From Phoronis australis (Eukaryota; Animalia; Phoronida), in NCBI GenBank assembly GCA_002633005.1, contig NMRA01000835.1:62001-126000 (forward strand): DNA of 64,000 bases. Direction: 5' to 3'. Every line of letters begins with the position of its first letter. Position 1 is the stretch's first letter. A model generated the notes under the pieces. It was given only the letters and a program-made list of their open reading frames with translations. It searched no databases and had not been told where the DNA came from. Below, in pieces: positions 25,501 to 37,500 of the stretch. Both the position numbers and the translations under genes were made by a program.

Positions 25501-28500
25501 ACCTTCAACTGAAGATGATAGTACTGTATCTAATTCAGTAGATAGTATTGAAGTTCCAGACTCATCAGTTGATAATATTGCATATGACTCATTGATTACT
25601 CAAAATGTTGCAGTTACTGTTTCACAGAATGTCCCACTAACTCCTGGGGGGCTGCCTCAGCCTGATTTCATAGGAGACGTGGCAGTGAGTAGGAATGTCT
25701 GTGTCTCTCCTGGATCTTCAATTGGTGAGTCCGTTCCAGAGACCATAAATATTAAGAAGAGTGCACTTGCATTTCTTCCCAAAGTAGACAAATGTGTTGG
25801 AACTAGGCAAGTGATTACGAATGCTGACTCCAACCCTGTACTGGCTACTCAATCACTTTCTCCGTGTGACCTTGGAGAGACAGATTTCGGTCTGTCCGGC
25901 ATTTTTGCTTCAGATTGTGCGGATAATGAAAAGTTTGATCTGAAACCTGATGGCTGTTTTATTTATAACAATACAACATCTCCAAATGTTTTAAATATTT
26001 CAGCCATCAGGTTTCTAGGCAGTGACCATCGCCTCTGTTTTGGCCAACAGAGGCGATGGTCATTGCCTACTCTGTGTCAGTCCCCGACGTTTGCGTTTCA
26101 GGAGGGAGTGATTCCCGGATTTTGCACGGCCAGTGTCATTTGCGGTTTCCGTCATGATTGACGTGCGCATTCTACATACTTAGACATGTTGTCTGCCGCG
26201 CAAAGGCTTAAAGGACTCGAGGATTATTTTACAAACCGAGAGATGTTCCAGATACAGATATTGATTCAGATGCTGGTACGACAAATAAGTCAGCTAATGA
26301 TATGGATCGTGGTGATAACGCGGCCAGTCAACGAGGCGCAAATACCTGTGCAATGAACGGTGAACCTTTCAATCAAAGTACTGACAAGTTGCCGACAACA
26401 TCGGACATCAGCTTTTTTACAATTCGCTCCGAAACTGAGAACAGATTGTTTTTATGAACAAGAAGAATGGATTTGTGACAATCTTGAAAATGGCATAGTT
26501 GCTAACGTTCGACAATACAGTCGATATCTGTGTTGAAATTGATTTCTACTTGCTTTCCCGTCCAAGTAAATGGAAACGCACGTGAATCGGTTTGTTTACA
26601 GTCAAGTGACCTAATTATCGGACGTTTTGGTACATTTTGCATTATATTTAATTGAAAATACTACGTATTGTTGTAAATTCTTTGCTGAAATAAAGACTTA
26701 CCTTCACGGAATTGTTCTGTTACTATATCTTGTCACTGAAAGCCGCATTTATGTTCCGACTGATCTTTAAAAAAAACAACAAGCAAACCTTCGGAGAACC
26801 TAAACATCGGACACCATGTTTCCCCATATGCCACACCGCGGAAAACTGACTAACCACGTAATGGCCGCGGGCACCTTGTAGCCAAATTTCAGCTCAAGTG
26901 TTTTGACATATATACTGCTAGAACACAGGGCCATTTGCAACAAAATTATCCATCAAATGAAATCTGATGACGGCGCCAAGTCGTTTCGATGAATTAGTGC
27001 AGACGACTAAAGCACGTGCAAACTCACTGCAGTTTTTAGTGTCACTTCTTGATATGACAGACCCGCACGTGCGCGGTCGGGGTTTGACTTGAGTTTAAAA
27101 ACAAATGAAAAAATGGAACAGTGACATATTGTCAGTTCATTGAGATGGTTTCATTGGGGAAAAAGATTTTATTTTCAACTTTTATAACCGATTTGTGCGA
27201 TCATCCATTTTAGGCCGACTTGGGGGTCTAGATTGCACCCTCTCTTGGTGAAATCAAAACGAGGCACAGCTGTAAAAAACGAGACAGTGCTGGACATTGA
27301 ATGCATTACAACGGAACAAAAATTGGTGTCATTTAATTCTCAGATTATGCTTCAGATAAGATGCTATGAAATGTCCGATATTTAGGTTCCGTCTGATAAT
27401 TAGGTACACTGTGTACTCTACCTAATTAGATATTCATGACGTAGTGGTGGTCATGTACCTAGCTGGTTCCCGGCGTACCGCTAGGTGGTCAGTAGCCAGC
27501 ACGCAGGTATCACTTATCCTCGGGAAATTTTTTTACACCGGCGTTTCTGATTCGCTATTCGAATTCTCGACAGGCAGCGCTTTACGCAAACAAACTGGCA
27601 TGACTGATGGACTGAAGTGTAAATGTGGTCTGTTGTACAGACAAATCGGTGCTTAAAATTTATGTTCAGGAAATGTGAAGCCTAGAAATTGTGATTGCTC
27701 TTCTTCGGAATGCATCTTTCTACTGTCAAAGACTTTTGTTTATGATAGTGTCCTGTATTCATGCAGTATGAATAACACACCGGTTGAATCACCAGATATG
27801 TGTTTCATGTATGTGCTTCAAGCACGTGGCTATTAAACATAACTGCAGAAATGAAATAGTTGTGACGCCACTTACATGACAAGGTTAAAAATCGTTCTCA
27901 GTTCGCCATTTTTTCACAGTGTTGTAAAGGTAACCAATGACTGCCGAGGTTACATCAATCAATGCTAAAGTGCGTACCACTGCGTGATACCTGTGTGCTG
28001 GCTGGGCTAAGCATGCAGGAAACCAGCGAGAAATGTAAATGTTGTCTGTTGTACAGACAAATCGGTGCTTAAGTAAAATTTATGTTCAGGAATTGTGAAT
28101 CCTAGAAATTGTGGTTGCACCTTTTCGGAGTGCATCTTTTTACTGTCGATGACTTTTGTTTACAGTAGTGTCCTGTGTTCATGCAGTATGAATAACACAC
28201 CGGTTAAATCGGCCAGATATGTGTTTGTATGTGATTCAAGCACACGGCTCGGGCTGATCCAGGATTTTGTGTTGGGGGGTGGACAGGGCAGAGTATTAGC
28301 CAGGATTTTGCCCGTCAGACATTGGCACCCCCATACTGCCAAATGGAATCTGGGAGAATTTAAGGGGGGGGGGTCATGGCCCCCTTGGCCCCCTCTAAAT
28401 CCGCCACTGCGACTATTAAACATCACTACAAAAGCGAAATAGTTGCAGCAACGGCCACTTGCATGACAAGGCTAAAAATCCTTAACAGTCCGCCAGTTTT

Positions 28501-31500
28501 TCTTAGTGTTGTAAAGCTAATCAATGACTGCTGAGGTTACATCAACCAATGCGCATACCACTGCGTGATACCTGCTTGCTGGCTAGGCATGTAGGGAACA
28601 GGTCTGGACTCGTATGTTGAGCAATTCTGCAAGAAATCTCAATTTCTAGTTTGATAAAATGACATGGAGAACAGATTTGTGTGTCTTGAACATTTTGATT
28701 TCTCCTGGTATGTGACTGACTTCTTTTATCATCTGGTTTTTTGCAATACTTACTATACTTTGGTTCATTTTAGCCTCGCAACTGCTACTGCAGGTAATGT
28801 TGATTTGCAAAGTTAAGGCATCTTTGTGTTCCAAGGGACTTCTACATGTACTGGCATACCTGTAATAGCTTTTTACATACAGGTGAAGTGTCCAGAATCT
28901 ATGGAGTTTCAGTAGAATTGTATTTGCACCTCTTGAATATAGCTTTCTCTGATCTGAGAAGATGAGAACCATTGGATGAAATCAGTTTTCCAAATAAGGG
29001 ACCATCACGAACTGACACATTCGACGAGTCCCTCTTACAATTTAAAGGCCTAATTTATCTGGAAGTGATGGAAAAAGTAGGCATTTGGACATGTATTTAA
29101 TACTTGACTTGTCCAATTGCCTTCTTTTTTATTCACTTCCAGATAAACTATTAATAATTTGTTGGCTGACACAATTCTTTAACGATGAGAGTACAAAAGT
29201 TTAATATTGGATTCTTATGCTTTTATAGGAAGGGCGGTTAGAGGAAGCAATAGAAAGTCTTCTCACATTAGAAAAACAGACTAGAACGGTAAGTTTCATT
29301 TGGCTTGTTAAATAAAAAAGATGAAATCTGTTGTTATCAGAGTGTTCATGTTTGCGAATGTTAAATGAAGGGCAATTGAAGGGTGTTCCATTCATGATCA
29401 GCTGTTGTGATGACAATCACAACTGTTGCATAAGATGCTTGTAACATGTGTGCTTCAGTTATCTACACTATCATGCATTCTATGGTCACCATGTTAAGCT
29501 TATGTAAGACCCTAGAGTAGTGTTCAATGTTGGCCAACTTCGGAACATCACATCTTAAGAGTGGCTGAACGGATTCACCTAAAACTCTAATTACATTTTA
29601 CGTAATGTTGTTTTAAAAATTTTAATGTTTGCTTGAGTGACTATCAAAAATAGGACTAACACGATTTTTGTGAAAAAAAAATTAAAGTTGCATAAAATGA
29701 AAACGAAATGATAATTTAAATTTAAAAAACTGTAACAGCATTTTTTGGATTTTATCGCGAACATTTACGTCATGTGAAATTTGGTCATGCCTATTGCTTT
29801 CTTATGGATGTACCTTTCTTTTTTGCTAAATTACAATAAGAAAGCAAGGTCACGTGACCCTATTAATGGCACATTGGTATAATGTCAAACATCGAATCCT
29901 ACGAAATTTCTGCTTTCATAAAATATATAGTTTTGCTGAGTTTATATTATTAAGTTTTGTAGACATTTGACTACATGTACAGACTTGTCATTAAGGTCTT
30001 ATGTAACCGTAAATGAAAAATTGACATCTTTTGAACGACTGGAGAATGATTCAATATCTGTATTGCTTTCATCACAATTAGCCTTTGCTGGAGGTTTGTT
30101 TTAATTATCTTAATCGCTGTCATCATTTCAGGCGTCAGACATGCATTCAACTGCACGCATTCTTGTTGCCATCGTGAAAATGTGTTACGAGACAAAGAGG
30201 TGGGACTTACTCAATGAAAACATAGTTCTCCTTACCAAACGTAGGGGTCAGTTGAAACAGGTGAGTGGGGCTGTGTTTCTGGCTTATCGGCTGGCATGAT
30301 TACTAACACTTGTCTTTGGTGATATGGTTAGGTAATTGGCAAAGATGGCTGCTGTTAGAGATGTCACAGCATCTCTTCATAAAGGATGTAATTAGTATAA
30401 TGATAGTCTTGTTTGTACTTGTTCCAACACGTCTAAATATGATAGAGGAATGACTCATACATAATATTTTAATCAGCAAAGATGGTGTTCTAAAAATATT
30501 TTATTTGTATGGTGAAGTTGCTGTGATTTCATTAAGCCAGTCATTGTAGTTTTTGTATCAGATTATTTGTTGTCAAAGGATTTATTGATTTGACTGTTAT
30601 TTGTTATGTCACAGCACATGTTGATAATTTCCATTAGCTTAGTAGCCATGATTATAGTGCTAAGACATTGTCACCATTTGGAAATGTAGCTTACTCTTGT
30701 GTGGTGTGGGGTAAGCAACAAGCACTGCTCAACATTGGGGCCAGTGATAGAGTCGAGCATATTTTCACAAATATTGTAAAGAGAGGCTGTGAATTCTTGT
30801 GTAACTTTTCAAAAAATTTTGTGTTTATAATGCGATTTAAAACACGATAGCTATAACTTTGAAGTGATGTGTTTTATGGATTTGATATTCTAAAATTCAA
30901 TTAACCTCGGCGACCTGATAAATATGAAGCCTTAAACTTAATACCATATGTGGAATCTTGTCCATGATTGCCTTTAGCCACATGTCTGCAAAACTATGGC
31001 CGAATTAAACCCAGTAAAATTAGTTATTTCCTGTAAGCAGGAAACCTTTAGAATTTGAATTGTAACTTTATTACAATTGGCCATTAATTGGGCCATGTCT
31101 TTTTAATGAAAAAGAATCTTAAGGTGCAGTCTTAAAAACACGGCGTTATAGATAAGGTGATCAAATTTCTTTTCATATAATTCTTCAAAATGAACTCTCA
31201 AAAATACTGTTACAATTTCCTAAATTACTTTGTTTTGATTTTATCCACCTTCTGATGTCTGTTTTGATTGCCCTAAATCCAAAAGTGGTACAATTTGAAA
31301 ACCATTTCTAATAGGCTAGCGTAATCAGCAAGTTGAGTCCGATCAGTCAATTCTAGGATTTGATGATCCAAAAGTTGTCAAATTTGTTCTAGGGGGCTGC
31401 ATACTGTTATTGGTAAACGGTGCAATTTTTTAGTTCTTCTTGGTAATGGTGTACTTCATTTAAACATTTTTTCCAGGCAGTGACCAAAATGGTGCAGGAA

Positions 31501-34500
31501 GCATTCACTTATGTCGACAAAATGCCTGACAAAGAGACACAGCTCAAACTCATCGACACACTCAGAACTGTAACTGCTGGAAAGGTAGGTGTTTTCTGGT
31601 AAGATCGCGTAAGGTTGGAATTTGTCTGCATTGATGTTAACAGCCGAGATCATTAATAAGCGGTTTGCCAACAAATTTAAAATGGTAAAATAGCGAATAG
31701 GCGACTTTCTACCATTACGATGGTTTGTGTCTCATTCAGACACTGAGATTCAGCACACCATTCAAGTACTGGCTACTTCTAACAGTAGCATTCATATCTA
31801 ATTGTATGCGGTTTACTAATGTAGAAATAGATAAAAGATCACATATAAATTGGTTGATGATAGTAGGTAAAGCTCTCATTCCTAGGGTAAAATAATAAAA
31901 AGAACGAAATGGCCCGAGTGTAATTAAGTATTAATATTTGATTATTTGTTATCTTGCTACCCAGTGTCTTTTCTAACATCAACTCGTGTACCCGATTAAA
32001 TGAGACATCGTTTCATTGAACAATTTGTTGTAGATCTATGTAGAGATTGAGCGTGCTCGACTCACACGTATCCTGGCTCAGATCAAAGAAGATGAGGGTA
32101 ACATCGCTGAGGCGGCCACTGTTCTACAGGAGTTGCAGGTATGTAGACAACACTTCTTGTTCACGGGACAATTCTTGCTTACTCGTCACCTATTTTGCGT
32201 AATTGGACTTGGCTGATTGATGATTATAGTTGAGAGCATAGGGTTTTATGTTTAAAGCCCCTTACAGCGCTATCTTTGAAAACCATTGTTTTGGTTTATG
32301 ATTTGTAGTGGAATGCTTTGTTTTGGTTTTTAATGCGGCGAGCTAGCTAGTTTTATTCCAGCTTGTAGTTAACAATTTTGGTTTTTGAGCAAATTAGCTT
32401 TGTGTCTTCAACCGTCTATAACAAGAAACCAGTTTTAGATCCACACAAAATCTTAACACGTTTAGACCTGGTTGCGGTTTTGCTTGTTGATTTTACAACA
32501 AAACGCCTGACATGCGTTGACCACCATTTGAATCTTATGGAAACTCCACCAGCTCAGTTCTTGTACATGCGCAGATATTGTCTTGCTTCAGGAATATTAT
32601 ACATTTTTGACAATATTTGATCAGACAACTAACTCAATGTCAGTGATATGGGATCTAACATACCAGGTTCAACGGATTCTAAAAAGTTATTGCAGTTGGC
32701 TCAGATGAATTCAAAATATGTCCCACCCGCGGTCACCATCATCGTTTTCGCACCCATGTTGCCACTAACGTTGCAAATCATTGGGGAGCACATACCCTGC
32801 ATATTGCAAAAATGCATGTCCCAACTGTTGTTTTTTATGTTTGATTAAAATGAAATGCAGCTGTACCCATCGCTAGTCATGAAACATACTGGGGTAGCAG
32901 ACAAATCCACACCTGAGAGATGGTGCTTAAGGACTGAATCCGAAAAGGACAGAAGAAGTTCATGTGACCCATAAGTCTGGTAAATTGAGCCATAGATAGT
33001 GTCTTTGGGGTCATTTGACCCGTGGGCATGTTTTTCTAAAAAGATCACTGATATCATGAATCTCAATAACCCACAGTTATCATCATGTAAGTTGTACAAC
33101 AAACACATGCATGCACACAGTTATGTACAGCAGTCACATTACTGTGAAGCAATCCCTTCTTCACTGTGTTTAGGTGGAGACCTATGGGTCTATGGAGAAG
33201 AAAGAGAAGGTGGAGTTCATTCTGGAACAGATGAGACTCTGCCTGGCCAAGAAGGACTTCATCCGCACACAGATCATCAGCAAGAAGATCAATACAAAGT
33301 ATTTTGAGGACAGTGAAACAAAGGTATGAGCCAGCATGTTTGAACCACTCTTGTTGGGAAGTCGCCTAATCTTTAATTGTGATAACTGGAACTTGATCAC
33401 AAGCGACATTATTTTACATTTACCGAGTTTTCCAAACCAGAGTAATTTTCAAATGCAGATATCAGTGCTGGCCGAGGGTCTAATCTCTGAACTCAATCTC
33501 TACTCAGACTCAAAACTTAAACCAATTATGCCACTTGATTTGATTACTACATTAAAAGTTTAGTTGAAGCGTGACATGTATTCGGTCAGTTTTCAAAATT
33601 GAGATTGGAGTACAGAGATTAGACTCCCAGCCTTAGCATATTGTTAAGTGTTCTAGGCAATGTTAGGCCTTGGAACGCACTGTCACATAGCCAATTGTGT
33701 ATCATACTTGAAAAGTTATCATTGAACTAAGTCATTGCTAATGCTCTACTTGGTCTCCTCTGAAGGCACAAAATGAACTTGGATCAGTGTTTCTGATGTT
33801 GTGAGCTGTTGTTGCTGGCAGTTTTTGTGCTTGTACATTGACAATGTTCAAGGTACGGTGGAACGGGCCCAGCATAAAATAATTTTTAGAGAGCCAAAGG
33901 CAGCCTTCATTGCTGGACCTGGTGCTCTCAAGATTTGTCAGTTGATGGTTGTGTTTAACACCAAGCTTATTGTGCTTCACTTCAGGACTTGAAGCTCAAA
34001 TTCTACCAGTTGATGATTGAGCTTGGTGAGCATGAAGAATCTTACTTGTCTAACTGCAGACACTTCAGAGCACTGTATGACACACCAGCTGTGCTAGAGG
34101 AACCAGCTAAGCGCAATGAGGTGAGCTGCTCAGTGACTTGACTCATCTTTAATGATGTGTTCAAGTATTCTTTTACACAAACTTTTTATGTATTCTTAAC
34201 AGTGCCTAGTAATATGTACAAATGTTGTTAAAACTAGAAAGTGAACGCTCTGGTGAAACTGGAAACAGACTGCAAATTGCTGCCTGTGAACTGTTGTACT
34301 TTGTTGTTTACGTGACTGAGTTACACCCTTGAATTTTTCTCGCAATTTTGTTCCTGAGTTTAAAGTGGCTCTAAACCTTTGTTTTGGTGAAGTGCAAACT
34401 TGTGAGCAGAACCACTTACCTTTATTATATTGGTCTCATTTTGTTTCCTTACTCAGATCAGAACTGATTGATTTCTGGGTTTGCACAGAATTAATAGTCC

Positions 34501-37500
34501 ATTATTGGTTTACACCATACTCAGTGTATAAAATGACAGGCCATGGCAATCCAACTTCTGGAATATAATCTCATGCAGTAAAGAACGTCCAGTTCTTTCA
34601 TACCTCTGAAATCTTCTCTAATTTGACCGACTTCATAACGGTAAGTGCTCTGAATCAAACATTGGGGTGTACATTGTCATTACCTGTCTGGACATCTGGT
34701 GACTGGTGTCCACTGCGTTATATTCAAAATCCTAGTTTTGTCGTGTCTTCGCAGGCTCTGGTTGGTGTGGTATGCTACGTGATTCTAGCTCCCTATGACA
34801 ATGAGCAGTCAGACTTGATCCACAGGATAAAAGAAGACAAACACTTGACTGAAATACCCAAATACAAGTAAGTGGAGCCTGGCTTCAAGAGGCTACTGCA
34901 CATTGTCGGGATATAAATGTGAATTAGTTTATGTTTACAACTGACGTAAGATCTTGGTTTTCTGCGAACCCCGTAAATGAAGACTAGAAAGCCTTCAACA
35001 CTGAACACTTTCAGATATTAATTTATTCTGTTTTGCTTTATGCTTTAACCAAATTATATGTTTAAGGCACAGGGATCATGTTACAGATGCTTAGTAGTGT
35101 GCCTTAAATTTACTGGTTCTTTAAGCAAGTGTGTAATGGTCTCTTTAAGTAAGCAGCCTGGCTATTGTGCTGTGCAAATAACTACGACGAGGATTTAATA
35201 ACACTCATACTTGTACTCCTTCAAAGCAACTATATTCAGACTATACATCAGTTTTTGCGGTTATCTCCATGTCTCCCCATCTATACGAGACTAACAGCCG
35301 ATACAGACACTATTCCTACTGACAACAGTTGTATCTGAAACAGCTTGTTGAACCTAAATATCACATCACTCAACCACTGTAGCTCCAGCTGGACTCCAGG
35401 AGTTCAATGTTATTTAGGCCCAGTTTACTGTGTCTTTTTGCTAAAAAGTGGCTCTGCTTTGTAGCGGTTGTCTGTACTCCCTCCCCTTATGTAACTGTTC
35501 ATTTGTTTTCCAGGCAACTGTTGGAGTTGTTCACCACATCAGAACTCATGCGGTGGAAACAGGTGTGTGCTGACTATGAACAAGAGCTCAAGACTGGACT
35601 GTCCTCTCATATATTCAACCCGAAGACCGAAGCTGGGCAGAAAAGATGGAACCACCTCAAGATCAGAGTTGTTGAACATGTGAGTGTAGAGGTGGATTTT
35701 GGTTACGGCACTTGTCTGAGTTAACAATCATGTTTGGCTTGACACCGATCTCCAAAGTATCCGCTTGTAAGCACCCATGCCTGACTAAAGCCTCACAAAT
35801 ATAAGTGCCCAGGACTTTAACCTGCTAGGTATGGTGATATTACGTCACCATTTCTGCTCCTGTAGGACATACCAAGCACTGATTTCATCATGTGTCACTC
35901 CTTGGAACGCTTTTATTTGTGCTCGATGTTTTTTTCATTTTGTTTTCTAGTAACTCTGATTAACCTATTGCTGGGCTCAAAATAATACATGGCCGTATTG
36001 AAAACAACCCTCAACAGTATGAAAATTATCAGGTCGTTGTTTTCAATCTGGCCAAATTCCAAGTTTGTAATTTAGGTGTTCAACTCGCACACACTAATCC
36101 CAGCTCGCCCAACTTTGATGACCAAAAAACAAAATGTTGAGGTAATTGTCAGTGTTGCCGTGCCCATACTCCCCCCCCCTTGACTAAAGCTAAAAGAAAA
36201 CCCCATTTGGGGCGTTTTTGGGTGATGTGAGCCCGCAGGAGTTGGAATGCCCAACTCGTTCACATACAAGTAATGCGAGTCGGCCAAATGTAGCTCACAT
36301 TTCTAAATTTCGTGTAGCAAATGCGACCTGCATGTGTAAAATTGGGAAAGCCATCAAGGTTTGGAATTTTCCGCGGAAATGCGGATTTCCGCTTTTTTCT
36401 TTTATTCTCTCCGCGTATTTTTAGTATACTTCCGCGGAAAAAAATCGGATTTGCCATAAAATTATCGCGGCAAATTGATTTCCCACTGTGGTGTTGCCGA
36501 CGACTCAAAAACCGGAAACTGCTGTTTATGTTTTGGAGGAACGAAAATTGCAATTGCGGATCACAGGTGCGCCGAATTTCCCGATGACTCGTAACCATAT
36601 ATAAGAAACACGTTTTCTTAGTAGTGAGTGACGTCAGTGGCAATCGAGGAACTAATAAATTCAAGTGCCTGTGCCTGGAATAGCATGGTTCATCAATGGC
36701 GTCTACATTTGGTATAAAATTGCTGTGACAAATAGTGCGATTCTGCGGTCAAAAATGCGTGGTTTAGACTGAATATTTCGTGGAAAAAGTGGATAAAAGA
36801 AACTGTCAATGTCTTCACAAATCAAGGTTTGTGGTCGTGGTCTGTAAACTTTGAGAGATGAACAATTATGAAGTTCGTGGCCGAGTCACCTTGGACTATG
36901 TTGGAGTTGGAGGACTGACTGAAAACGATGAAACTCTAGAAATAACAATGCTTCCTGAAAGGAAATTCAACCATAACCAGTTATTCGTTGGATTGGAATC
37001 GTGGGATGTGAGTGATGTATGAAATTCTTTTGTTTGATACCGCACGCACACCTGTTGCCGTTGGCTGCTAGTGCTAGACCTGACCGTTTGAGTGCGATTT
37101 TCTACGTGCCGCCAAAACGGGATACAAAGTGCTATTTTCGTTACTGCAAATGTCTTTAAATTGTTGTTTATGTATTTCAATTTATTTTGACATTTTTCGT
37201 GTTCTAGTTTGTGACTAGTTTTGCAGTTCGAGAGAAGTGATCACGGGACAGGTTCTGAATGATGTGATTGGTCTAAGCCATTGTTCACAAATTCTGCCAG
37301 CCTATTTTCAGTGTCCTGGTAGTTATTTCTTGTCACATAGTTTCTTCTACACCAGCGTGGCTTATGAACAATTAACTCCTGTAATTACTATTTGAAACTG
37401 AAAAGTTTGGCCAACTTAGGATTGTGATTGATGCATTCTATAGTTTAAAGTATGTTGTTTTTGACTTTCGTTTTCCCATGCTAACAGTTGGGATATGAGC

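Noticed and set aside
26016-26161. C-terminus of the 291-aa ORF as real protein (…GQQRRWSLP…, also seen in ORF 22902-23162)
   Set aside because: The shared peptide is simply the translated TIR sequence, not a protein domain.
26186-26830. ORF-like stretch ([15 protein letters not shown]…) and a strong minus-strand donor at 26700 as a nested gene or SLC22 first exon
   Set aside because: Frames are broken by stops and no domain is recognisable. It is more likely transposon debris, and a closer donor at 22332 explains the SLC22 5' end more simply.
36072-37180. Cluster of overlapping ORFs in PSMD12 intron 9
   Set aside because: No recognisable protein motifs. The CpG-rich ccgcggaaa repeats suggest an unclassified DNA-transposon interior whose ends I could not define.
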